Part shown: positions 1 to 13,144 of the stretch, in pieces
Numbering within the stretch: the stretch's first letter is position 1
How the letters are laid out: every line of letters begins with the position of its first letter
Origin: Octopus sinensis
Lineage: Eukaryota
DNA: 64,000 nt
Reading direction: 5' to 3'
Assembly: GCF_006345805.1 (NCBI RefSeq)
Contig: NC_043011.1
Location: 10,354,001-10,418,000, forward strand
Program-made: the position numbers and the translations under genes
Notes under the pieces: generated by a model
What the model saw: only the letters and a program-made list of their open reading frames with translations
The model's database searches: none
Told to the model about the DNA's origin: nothing

Positions 1-60
1 TCTTGGAGGTGGTGCTCCAACATGGCTGCAGACCATTTACTGAAACCAAAAAAATAAGAA
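1..60 (+). mobile_element. 3' tail fragment of a SINE (CR1-type tail GGYGGTGCYCCAGCATGG...GAAAC)
   Basis: Matches 9907-9965 and the reverse complement of 27585-27620 and 34470-34530. Confidence 0.5.
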
Positions 61-760
61 TGAAATAATTCTACATTTGTTGCTGTTGTTTAGCTTCAAT
101 TCTGGTCAAAGACATTCCAGTGTTGGCATACCAATAATTTTTTCTTTGGATGTTATCCTTCCTTAAGACAGCATGGTGTGATATGGTAAAGTTTCACATA
201 TATGTGAAGGACATTTAACAGCTATTTCTAGCATCCACATGACTGATGCTTCATTGCTCAAGATACTAAAGTCCTTGTTGTTGTTGTTGATTAGCCTCAA
301 GTCAACACTGATTATACAGACCTACAACCACAGGTACTCCAGCCATGGTAATCACATGGTTCCAAAATCTGTCCCTGTTGAGTGATACTTTGGGCAAGTA
401 TATTCCATTGTAGCCCTGAGATGATGTATAATAGATTAATAGAATTTAGTAGATGGAAACAATATATAAATGCATTACACACACACACACATGCATGTAC
501 GTGTGTATATATCAAATAAAGGGGATTAAAATCCAAAGTGGATCCTCAGTAAGCACTTCTGCAAGCATCAGCTATCATGGTATATATTTGTAAATGGGTT
601 TTCTTAAGTAAGACAACTATCCATACAAGCTGAACCTCCAAGTCAAATAGATTGGTCACAGAGTATGAATACATTAAATTTAAGAATGGAAATTATGGGA
701 TTATCTTTAATTTTTTATGTATATGTGCATATGTGTGGGTGTATATACGTATGTACATAC

Positions 761-845
<85 letters not shown>

Positions 846-2010
846 AGCATCTATTTGACAGATGTCTTGTGGTATCCATTCTCACTCTTTGCATTCAGAT
901 GGCAAAGCCTGCAATGACATCATCATTACCAAGTTACAACTTGACCCCTTAGCTTTTCCCAAAGATAACATCTGACCTTCAAGAAAAAAGAGACTTCCAA
1001 ATATGGACAAATGTAAGTCTTTTGCACAAAAAATCTTGCACATGTCTGAAACTTGGAAAGGAAGTTTCCAAGAGTTGATACTCAAATTCTCAACAGCAGA
1101 CACCAATGGCCACTGGGTTGTATATGATTGTGTGTGTGCCAGTATAACATCATTTCATATATGCAGAGCTGAAGATATCAATATCAGTGAAAGTCTCAAG
1201 ATATTTGTTCTGCATTTAGTTACAAACACTCCCTTGTCACAGTCTCCATCATAAACCCAACAACAATAATGTTAACAACCAATTTTGATGTAAAATCAAA
1301 TAAAAACCTCATCATGCATCCTCAACATGGTTAACATTTCCTGAAGGAAACTGAAAAAGCTCGAAGATACGAATGCTTCAAACGTTTTCCCCCTGTAACC
1401 CCGGACACCCCTTCAGATCTGTACGAGTAAATATTAATAATGTAGTCACTTTTAACTGGTGTATCTGTGGTTTTGCTACTAGTCCTGGGTGAGACTATTT
1501 CACTTCACCAACCTTACCAATACCACAAACATACTAAATGCCCAGACATCAACACACACACTGCATACACAACATAAACACCCAGGTACACACTATATAT
1601 ATACACCGAGGCGCTCAGAAACAGCTGCATAAACAAACACAAACTTATTTAAACAGAAGCTTTTGAAGGTCCAGGCAGCGGAACTTTTCCTGCTTATACA
1701 TCACCAATATCACCTATTAATCTATCTCCTTATCTATCATATATTTATACACATCTTGACATACACCTATACCTGTGTGTATGTGTTTTAGATTTACTAT
1801 ATAATTATACACACACACACACACACACATATACACTAAATATGTCAGGGTGTATTTTTAGGTAGTAACGCTGTGACCATCTGCCGCGCCGAGCCTTTGG
1901 AGTCGGTTATAAATGGAAAGATAAAATAGACCAAGTTTGCTCACTAATTTATGGCATATATTACCAGATAAGGAGAAAGTAGGGCAACTACTGCAATGTA
2001 TACATACACG

Positions 2011-2055
<45 letters not shown>

Positions 2056-2674
2056 ATGAAAGTATCAATGTAAACAAGTGCATTAAATTCCAAACAGCTC
2101 TAGGAATTAAAAACCAATTTTCGGAGCAGACGGAATTGTTCCAACACCGGTTCTGAGAATCAATGGTCTGTGACTGGCAGATGTTACACATAATGTCGCT
2201 TCACACACACACACACACACACACACACGTATATATTCACACACATACATACAAAAAGAGGGAAAGAGGTGTGTGTGTAGATGATAGGCTGAGTTGTTAG
2301 TTGGTACTTGATAAATTAGATAAATCGCTAAAAGTTACAAAACGGAACCAAGGGCCAAGAGTTTCGTCTACAGCACTTTGACTTTCGGTCCTTCAATCAC
2401 TTTTCGAACTTTCTGTAATTTAATATATATACATATATATATATATGTGTGTATATGTTGGTACACCTTATGTTGTTTATCAACCAACCATACCACCAGC
2501 AATGTTTCATACTTAGGTGTGATGAGGGGGATTTAGTTGTTATTTCTAAAAAGTTGGGTGATTAAATAGTGGCCAGTCTCCATGGTTTGGGTTTATGCTA
2601 AAAGAATGTATATATGTACGTAGATAAATGGTTTGCGTGTTGATACACATATCTGATATATATACATATATATA

Positions 2675-2707
<33 letters not shown>

Positions 2708-5673
2708 GTGTGTTCAAACATACATACACATGTGTGGTTGTGCGTGTGTGTTGTAATAAGAAGATAGATGGATACATGGTGTGTGTTAATATATATGCTA
2801 TGTATATACACGTGTGTGTATGTGTGCATGGTATGTACTGATGCGTCAGGTATGTGTATATACTAAGATATGCTGTTTGTTGGTATATACAATATACAAT
2901 ATACGCGTATGTGTGTTAATGTTTGCTGTGCAGCTATGTGTATGTAAATGTGTGTGTTGCTTACACAGTATATATATATATATTTGCATGCGTGTTCAGT
3001 GCGAGCTATTACATGTGTGTATAGGTGAGTGTGTAATGCAGCTGGTGCTCTGTTGCTATTTACTCTGCATCTCTGCATACACGTGCACACTGCAGTAGAC
3101 AGTTGTTACATCATTATTCCACATTGAATATTGTTGTCACCGCCACAACACAACAATATATTCGATTCATTGTAATCTATATTAATATATATGAGTAACT
3201 CATTTATAAATTATTGAAATTATTTTTATTTTTATTATTCCAATGTCCATTACGTTGAAAGTTCAATTCCCACCGAGGTCGATTTTTTTCCTTTCATTCT
3301 CCCCGGGTTGATAAATATAAAGTGGTAGTCACTATATAATTGCCCATATCTCTATATCTGAGTCCATATGCCTATGTGGGAAATTGTTATAATTTTAATA
3401 TTTATATTACATGAAAATAAGTCAACTGAAGTGAAACATTTCGTTGCTATTATTGCAATGGTTAGGGTTAGGGTTATGTGGTGGAGTCGCTCTAATTAAT
3501 TGCCTTAAATCATTGATATATGTTTAGCAATAATTGATTATTAAATTAGTTTGGGTTATGATAAATAGAGGCTGTCAGTCGTCACCACAAGATTGTAGGA
3601 AGCTATTTACCGGCCTGGCAAGGAATAACAGAACAATTCAGTTGTTTAGCCACAGGTCAGCTACTGGCGGATTTTAGATCGAACAATGCATTCCAGTCAT
3701 GACCACCTCGTTTATAGACAAGACAATGTATTTAAGACTGGTATCTAACATGTTCTTTTTTTAAAAAATACGTTGGAGTATATAGTTTAAAGAAAATCTG
3801 GCTGCTACTTCTAGCAAATAGAGTGACCACGAAAAGACTCAAACATTGCAGTAACAACGGAGACCAGAAGGCAATTTCATAGATACACAGACACACACAG
3901 ACACACACACAAGCTGTAATAGTTTTAATAATAATAATAATCCGATGTAAGGAGAAGGCTTGAGAAAGAAAAAACGGGAAAAAGGTATTTGGCCAGTGGA
4001 GGCAATAAATGCAAGAACCGCCCCTGGACATAGAAGTTGGTTTCTAGATTTGAATAAAACTGGGATCAAAGGGTCCAGGTTCTTTAAGAGGGTCGGGTAT
4101 GAAATGAGGGAGCTTTGGCTGTTGTTTAGCGTAGTGTCGAAGGCCAGGGAAGAATGAGGGGTGAGGCTTATTTCCTAGAATAATAAATACGGACAGAATT
4201 GCAACTGATACAGACACAAACAAACGAAAATAATTTACTTTAACGCAAAATACATTCATGCATAAATAAATAGAGACGCAGGGAGCGGTGTGTATATCTA
4301 TCTATATACATATATATATACATATATATGTATGTATATATATATATGTATACATATGTATATGTATGTATATATATGTATACATGTGTATATGTATGTA
4401 TATACATGCAGGTGCGATGTGTGTGGCCTGTCTCGGACCGGTTGCTTTAATTCTTTGGTAAAAAAAAGAACAAAACAAAGAAAGAAAGATTTTCCCTCTT
4501 CATTCCCAAAACATGAATCACGAAGCATAAAAATCCCTTTTGATTATCAATTTTCATTTGAGGAAATGATCAACATTGCCCGATTAGTTGTGACTATCGT
4601 GCAATGGTACCCGTGAATATCTAAAATGTATAACAAAAGACAGAGAGAGACAAACATGTGTATATTATAAGGAATTATGTTAGAATTGCTTTGCTGGCAG
4701 ATCTTTCGAGGCGCTTATTTCAAGTGTGGGTGTTGTAAAATCGAGGTGTTAAGTGATATATATATATATGTATATACATACTAGATAGTCCTCCTCATAG
4801 CTGTTCACAGTAATATCCAGTTGTAATGTAGTCCTAGAGAGCTGGAAGAGTTTTTAGCGAGAAGACTAAGAGTAAAATAGCAGAGAGAAGACTATTATGT
4901 AGGAAGAAGGCGGATCGTCCTCTCGACTGGTTTTCTTGCCTTCCCCACCACGACCACCACCACCGCCGCCGCCGACGACGACTTGAAAATCCATATAGAG
5001 ACAACTTTAACGCCAATACACACACACACACACACACACAAACACATGCTCACACGCACAAGCACATACGCACGCACACACACACAAGCACATGCTCACA
5101 CGCACACACACGCACAAGCACATGCTCACACACGCACGCACACACACACACACAAGTATATTTACATAGACGTTATATAAATAGATATACATGTATAGAC
5201 AAGAGACATAAATTTATGCCTATAAACATGCAATATAGACATGACTACGCACGTATACGTGTGTGTGTATATTAAACATTTAGGGTGAATATTGTTACAA
5301 ATACGCATGTATTTACTTTGGCAAGCAGTTACGCGCACAAATACACACACACACACACACGCACACCCGTTTCCTTCAGAAGACTTATTTACTTCAAAAA
5401 GCCCGATAACAAAATGTCCTTAATAACTTCTTTACTATCCTAACGTCGGTGAAGATATTAATTATTAATTATGTGGAATCATAATTACACATGTAAATTA
5501 CTAGTGTCCATTCGTATATGCACTCACACACACACACACACACACACACAAATACATACACACGTACATACACGTATGCATGCATACATACACACAGGCG
5601 TGCGCCCGACCGTGTGTATATTAGCAATATATATCTGCAATACTCACACACGCACACACATATGCATATATAC

Positions 5674-5742
<69 letters not shown>

Positions 5743-5985
5743 TTAGGAAGTTATATATCTTGAGGGGTAAGTTGCTTTTTTTTGCGGGGTTTCCCTTGTT
5801 TGCTCCCCACTGTCGCCCAAATCGGTCAATAACCGCACCACCACCACCACCACCACCTTGCTCTGGACTCGCACATCTCAGTCCCGACTTCCTTCTTACT
5901 TTCTCTCATTCCCTCCAACAATCTGTATTTCTCCTTTTTTCTTTCACTCTATCTACCTACCTATTAAGCAGTTTACTCGTCTCAT

Positions 5986-6036
<51 letters not shown>

Positions 6037-6171
6037 TTACATATTCACATACATATATGCATGAATACATATATATGTATACATACATATATACGTGTGT
6101 GTATGAGCATTTCAGTTATTCATGACTTTCCCACCCAATATCTATCCATCCATCCATCCATCCATCCATCC

Positions 6172-6263
<92 letters not shown>

Positions 6264-6768
6264 GTCTGTCTATCTATCTTCCTTTCTTTTCTTTTTCCTT
6301 ACTCTTTTTCTCTCTCCACTACTCTAACTCTTTCTCTCTATCTCGCCCTCTCTTTATCCAAAACAATCTACACAACTTGTTACTATTACACGCGAACTTC
6401 TTTCTATTTTACTCAAATTATTATTATTATTATTTTATCCGGAAACGAACTAATTTTGCACCAATTCTTCGGTTTTTTGGAGGGTTTTTTTCCACTCTTT
6501 GTCGTCATTGTTGTTGCTATTATTGTTAGCGGCAGCAGCTGTGATTCTTGTTGTTGTTGTCGATTATTAAGTTTCTGTGCCTGAGATCCCAGCGAGAAAG
6601 CTCGGCAATATAATTATAATCGTGGTGTCAGCCAGGTAATACTTCTGCTACTGCTACTCACTCACCCACACACTCACATAGACACAATTATCTCTCAACG
6701 CAGATCAAAGGTTTGCAGCCTCTCACTCTTCTTCTCTTTCTCAGCATGCATGCACACACACACACACA

Positions 6769-6812
<44 letters not shown>

Positions 6813-6831
6813 ATACAACATACATACATAC

Positions 6832-6871
<40 letters not shown>

Positions 6872-7056
6872 TATATGCGCACGCACACCCACAACACACA
6901 TACACACACACGTATGCATGCATACTTACAGAGACTGGAAGGCAAACAGAGGGAGTACCACTCAATGTTGTACACACTTTGCATTACATAAACTGATATT
7001 TACATCGATATATTTTAATTCACATTTTGAGAATATATCTTCATACATACATGGCT

Positions 7057-7111
<55 letters not shown>

Positions 7112-7114
7112 TAC

Positions 7115-7147
<33 letters not shown>

Positions 7148-7707
7148 AGAAATTTCGATGTGTGTGTGAGAGACAGGCCTTGATTTCTATGATCGCCTCA
7201 AAAAGCTCAAATTCACTTCCTTCCAACGTTGCTGTGAGCGCAACATTATTTATGCAATGTGGAATACATTCCCTCAACATTTTAAAAACCATACTTGTAT
7301 CAAATTCCTAAATCTCCCCCGGGCTCGGTTTTTCTGTCATATGTGCCCAACAGAAATCGAACTCACATCACATTGTCGTTAAACTTTTCACTGATCCCGA
7401 CATAATCAAACTAGAGAAAGATCCTGTAATATTGAACATTACTCGACAGATCCCCACCATGAAAAACGAGACAAACCACGGACACTGATTTATTTCGAGT
7501 GGGAATCCCAGAATACGACTTAAATTAGTTGCGGCCCAGGCCAATACCAGCTGAAATCTGTGGAATTTAAATTGCTATAAAATTATCTACATTAGAGTAC
7601 CTTTCTGACGGGAAGCTCCCATCATTTAGGAGAATGTCTTTTCCGAATAATAACAAAGTGGGTACGAGGACAGAGAAGGAAGCTTCCCTTCAGAACAGTC
7701 CCTTAAC

Positions 7708-7776
<69 letters not shown>

Positions 7777-7843
7777 TGTGTGTTTATTTAAACATACACG
7801 CGTGCGAAAATTAGGTGTATCTTTCTCCAAGTTGTGCCATGTA

Positions 7844-8431
7844 TGTAATTACTCGTAGCGGTAAAAAGGTGGAGGTAGGTGGCAATAACTATTGGACTTA
7901 CTACCAAACAGATAGACAAAGGTAGAGTGACTGGGTACTGATTTACTGACGCCTGTGTAAGGAGGCTACGCTCTGATAGCTGTGAGTGTGTGAATAGAAA
8001 GGACAGCGGAGAAGAGTCCTGTTTTGTGTGATTGAAAGGGGGAAGAGAGAGAAGAAGGTAGGAAGGAATAATCCTCAGACCCGTCCCTAATATTTGCAAC
8101 AGGAGGGACCCTACTAAAAGCAATCACACTGGTGGTGTTAGGCGACCACCTAGTCTTCTGCTTCAAGTGACCAGCAGATCTATAAAAGACAACCGGAAAC
8201 CAAAAGACTCGTCTCCCCTCTACTTCCGTCTCCCCTCGACTTCCGTCTCCTCGGCGGATATCATCTTTCCTAACGATGCCTTCAGCTCTTAAATTCGTTT
8301 TTTGATCGCTGCACCATAGTTGAACACGAGATTCCTTTTCCCTGTCTCTTTGAACATTAAATTACTTCTTTTTGATAATTTCTACGAACGTTGAAGCGAA
8401 ATAGCTTTGCTTAGATGGGTCCCTATTTACA
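7844..8431 (+). mobile_element. possible solo LTR
   Basis: Begins TGTAATTA and ends TATTTACA (7/8 inverted match). TATAAAA at 8181, short direct repeats GTCTCCCCTC(T/G)ACTTCC, ATTAAA at 8356. No TSD found. Confidence 0.3.
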
Positions 8432-9774
8432 TTAATTTGTTTGTAGGGCACACAGAGATCCAAACTTGCATTCCCCCCCCCCACACACACACACTCAGCT
8501 ATAGAACTACTATCCTAATGATTATATCGGTGCAAATGCATTCACCAGAGAGCAATTTTCTCTTTTCATCTCCTTTTATTTATGCCATATTTGAATTCAC
8601 TCTATCTTCTATTTTCAATATTTCCATCACTCTCAACCATCAATCCATCAATCTCCATCAGTAGCTATCAATTTCATAGACAATTTCTATCAGCATCATT
8701 TAACTTTGCTCGTTATAAACCAGCAAACTCTCAACTTTGCTCCTCAAATCCTAAACTAAATCTACAATTCCTTTCAGGCAATCTCTCCTCCTTACTTTCC
8801 ACTTCATGGCGATCCAACTCTCAACAGGTCAATTAATAACTGTTGCCGTAAACACAGACGACCATTGCTAGTTTCTCCAGACGACGTATTTCACCACTCT
8901 TCGGCGGTACCATTACCGTTGGACTCTTTGCTTTACATTTAGTTTTACATTTCTACCGTTTCTGAATCCAGCCCAACCATATTGTTTCAAACTCAGCTTC
9001 TTTCTTTCTTTCGTTTTTTGCTTTTTCTTTTTCTTCTTCGTCTCAGCATCAAAGACATTCCTTTATCTGAAACATTTGTTGATCTTTTAGTGATGTTCGA
9101 TTCAAAAAAGCCGTCAGCAACGACCTAACAAAGGCACCTGAAACGATGCCATTTACCAGAAATAATAACAGAATCTCTTATTGCATCTTACTACCTTAAC
9201 AAGGAAAGGCACATTGTAACAAGTAGTCTTGGATGAACAGGTAAATGAAATGGTCAACGATTACTGGAATGACTTTGATCATCGGTCTGCTCATTCAGAG
9301 AAGGCATGCAGTTACAAACGTCATCAAATTATTGAAAGTTCTCGATGTGTCATGGTTCTGTATTCCAAAAACTGTGATGAAAAGAAGAGATCCTCGGACA
9401 AAACTTTAATAAACATCTCTACGGTGCTTCAAACATTTTACTTCCTTGTTGACAGAATTACTCAAACTTTTTCAAAATTACTCAGATGGAGAAAAAAAAA
9501 GGAAAGAAACAACTATGCAATACAGAACGTGAACATGCAAATGTGGGAGAAAGTGTAATTGAAGATGAGAGACGATGGGTGGGGACGCGGGCGAAAGGGG
9601 CAAAGAACTGGACGAAAAATGTGAACATGCAAGGAAAGTGAAATACAGAAACAGAATACGGCCTCGGGGCCATTCAGGAGACAAAAATATGGTTAACGCC
9701 GGGAAAATATCCTAAGGGATTAATAGAGGGACAGCGAAACGTGATTAGAGAGGGGGTGACATGTGTGTGCGTGT

Positions 9775-9970
9775 GTGTTTGTTCGTTTCCCCACTACTGC
9801 TCGACAAGCGGTGTTGGTGTGATTAGGTCTCCGTTACCAAGGGGTTCGGTAAAAGAGGCCGATAGAAGACGTACTGGGGTGGATGAGTTCGACAAAAATT
9901 CTTCAAGGCGGTGCCCCAGCATGGCCTCAGTCTAATGACCGAAACATCTAAAAGATAAAAGAAAAAAAGA
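9775..9970 (+). mobile_element. SINE 3' half with CR1-type tail
   Basis: Homologous to the reverse complement of 27585-27790; ends GGCGGTGCCCCAGCATGGCCTCAG...GAAAC followed by an A-rich tail. Confidence 0.6.
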
Positions 9971-10849
9971 CAAAGAGTGGTAATGACCAAATCTAAAACA
10001 AAAATGGAAGTTATTTACTAAGTATATTGAAATATATTTGTTTGATGTAATTGCATCGGTTCAGTGTTCGCTTGTCGTCAGTTAGCCATGAATAGCAACA
10101 ATTCAGGGGGGGGGGCGAGCTTGTTATATCTTACTGGGAAAATTATTTATGGGTTGCGTAAATATATTGGTAATAAGACATCGTACGCCTGTGCTGGGGC
10201 ATCCACATGGATGCGCGTATGTGTATTATGTTGATTTTGACAGCAGACACAGTGTGACGATAACAATCTCGGGAATATATTATGGACTCGGATTCACCTG
10301 TTTGAAAACGCTCAGCAGACTAATTTAGAAGTCCTTTTAGCATTTAAATAATATTCAAAATGTCTTTCTTTTTTTTTTTGGTTACAAATCGATTTTTATA
10401 TATTTTAAACACTGTCGTTGCTATATTGTTATGAAGATCTAAATACATGTAAACGTATAAACATACACACACACACACACACATTGCTAAGTAAGTTTTA
10501 GAAAAGTACCGTTCACAAAGACAAAAAGAGAATATTATCGAATGTGCTACGAGTAACTAAAAAATCGGGAATCGTGTTTCGTTGATCGAACCTTCACAGG
10601 GGGTCCAGAGAGTTGGCACAGGAGCAACAGACTTGCAGGACAGCTATTTTGCTACCTCTGTAAACGAAATTTCATTTGGCTCATAAAACTCGCTTTAAAC
10701 ATAATTGTGCTCTTGACGATGTGGTGCGGGCAAGAACCCGAAATGGAGGTGTCATCCGTTGGACCTCGATTCAAATAAAATATATTTTAACTCTGCATTG
10801 TAATACGTATTGAGTAATGGTCATCTGGGTTATATATCGAAGAACTTCG

Positions 10850-10908
<59 letters not shown>

Positions 10909-10927
10909 ATCTATCTATATCTATCTA

Positions 10928-11004
<77 letters not shown>

Positions 11005-11026
11005 ATCTATCTATCTATCTATCTAT
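10850..11026. repeat. (TATC)n microsatellite, 5' flank of the Tx1 element
   Basis: Direct reading; a few TATATC variants. Confidence 0.95.
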
Positions 11027-11226
11027 TGACGGATGTGATGTCGTTTCAGCTCCGAAGGTAATCATTTATTTTGACTATTTATAGGCCAATTTTTGTGTAG
11101 ATTTTTGCAAATAAGGTGTGTAAGGCAACCAACTTTCATTTGAGTGCTTTTCCAAGGGAGGAATTCGCCCCTAGGGGCAGTTTCGACCCCATTTCATTTC
11201 TATTATTTTCTTCTCGACATTAGAAA

Positions 11227-13080
11227 ATGTCTAGAAATTTTATTGTAGAACGCTGGTCGCGTTCTTTTTTGGAACAACATTTTCCTAGTCTGGAAACGAC
11301 AGAGAAAAAAAAGAACGTTCGCACGGAAAATGCCAACGTAAAATTCGGTGAGATGAACGCTGCAACCACGTGCGTTAACAGCCCTGTCACCACCGCCACC
11401 ACCACCACTAACAACAGCAACCACGAGACACAACTGCTACCCTAGACCGCCACCCCACCACCACCACCACCACTACCACGACCAACATAATGATAAAAAT
11501 AAAACTGAAACGAAAACTATTGACAAAAACAACAGCAACAACAAGAACAACAATAAAAATGAACTATCTAATAGTGAAGATGCTAATACAAAAAAGTCAA
11601 CAACAGTAAATTTCGCAGATATTCTTCGCCAGAAAAAGGAGATTGTTACATTCACAAATGAAGAGCTCATAGAAACAAGAGCTCTCTTTACAACCCGTGG
11701 ACAAGATTTAGTCCTACATACACCCCAACATATAAAACAAGAAATTGAAAATAAGACAATTGTATATAAAATTATTAGAAAAAACAAAAAACAAATGAAA
11801 GATTACAAAAACTGATTGGAGAAATGTTTAAAAAACATAATGAAAGAAAAAGAGTATATAAACTGGGGTCCCCAGTTTAACACAGTAGTGGTCCGCTTCC
11901 CTAACCAGGAAGTGGCAAAAGCTCACTCTACTGAGTCTCTGGGAAATGATGAAATCATCATGGTCCCTTATTATAAAAACCAGAGGGTGAGTAGAATTAC
12001 TATCAGAAATGTACCCCCCGATATGCCGAACAAATGGATAACAGGGGCAATCTGTTACCACTTGAAAAAGATCAATATTCTAGAAACAGCCGTGTACCTA
12101 AACGACAATTGGGGTGGAAAAACAGTAGTTGTGACCATCCAGATTGAGGGGGCCTCTATCGAGAGCCTACCCGACAAGATATACTTGGAGAATGGGCAAT
12201 GCCTATATGTTATGGCAGAAGGCAAAAAGCCTAGATGCTACAAATGTGGCAGCCCCGAACATTTGATTGCCAAGTGCGATCTGGTACGAACAATTCAGAA
12301 AACAAATAAAATCCCTTTGTTGCCAACACCAACACCAACACACTCAATTATGGAACAACGCCAAGAAAAACAACAAACCAGCAGACAAACCCCAACAACA
12401 TCACCAAGAAAAACAGTACCAACACAATCACCGTTGACTTCACAACCAATTAAACCTGTTGAATTAACAAAAAATCGACCCACGCCCACACCCAGGACGA
12501 CAATTAAAAAGACAGAAAACACTGACGAGAAGACAAATGCTACCCCTAACACCACAACACAAACACCGCACAAAACATCAACAATTTATACAAGCATACA
12601 TAGTGATCCTGTTCTTTTTCCTGTACCCCATACTGATACGTCGGACGAAGAAAGTTCGACGGAATGGCAAATAGCCACAAGGGGTAAAAGAAAAAGATCC
12701 AAAAAACCCACCAAACAAGGAATTAAAGCAGGGAGATATCTAACTCAGGACAACATCCCCCTAGACAATCAAAAAAGTAATGAACTCGTAAAACCACACA
12801 CACAACTAACTGCAATAGACACAGACAATAAAGAATTAATGGACTACATCAAATCTAACATGGTCGTCTGTGAAGATGACTTTAAGACAAACAATCATCC
12901 GCACACCACACCACCGAAACACATCAGAATTTTACACATAACACAAGCACAACACCACTACTGAAAACATTATTTCCGAATGCGGTAGGCGGGTATCAAC
13001 GATACCTGTCGAAAAAACTATACAAACACCTCATCAAAAACGATACAAAAGAAGAAGAAAAAATGAAACTTTTAAAATGA
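11227..13080 (+). pseudogene. Tx1 ORF1 (gag-like nucleic-acid-binding protein), interrupted
   Basis: Core ORF 11816-12964 has CYKCGSPEHLIAKC (CX2CX4HX4C) and a Thr/Pro-rich linker. Open stretches at 11227-11445 and about 11480-11800, and a frameshifted C-terminus (LKTLFPNAVGG...KLLK*) ending at 13080, probably belong to the same ORF. Confidence 0.75.
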
Positions 13081-13144
13081 GTAAGTGACCTCACTCTTGC
13101 CTCTTGTCTCTTCTAATATAGTGTGTAAAACACAATTTTCGTAA

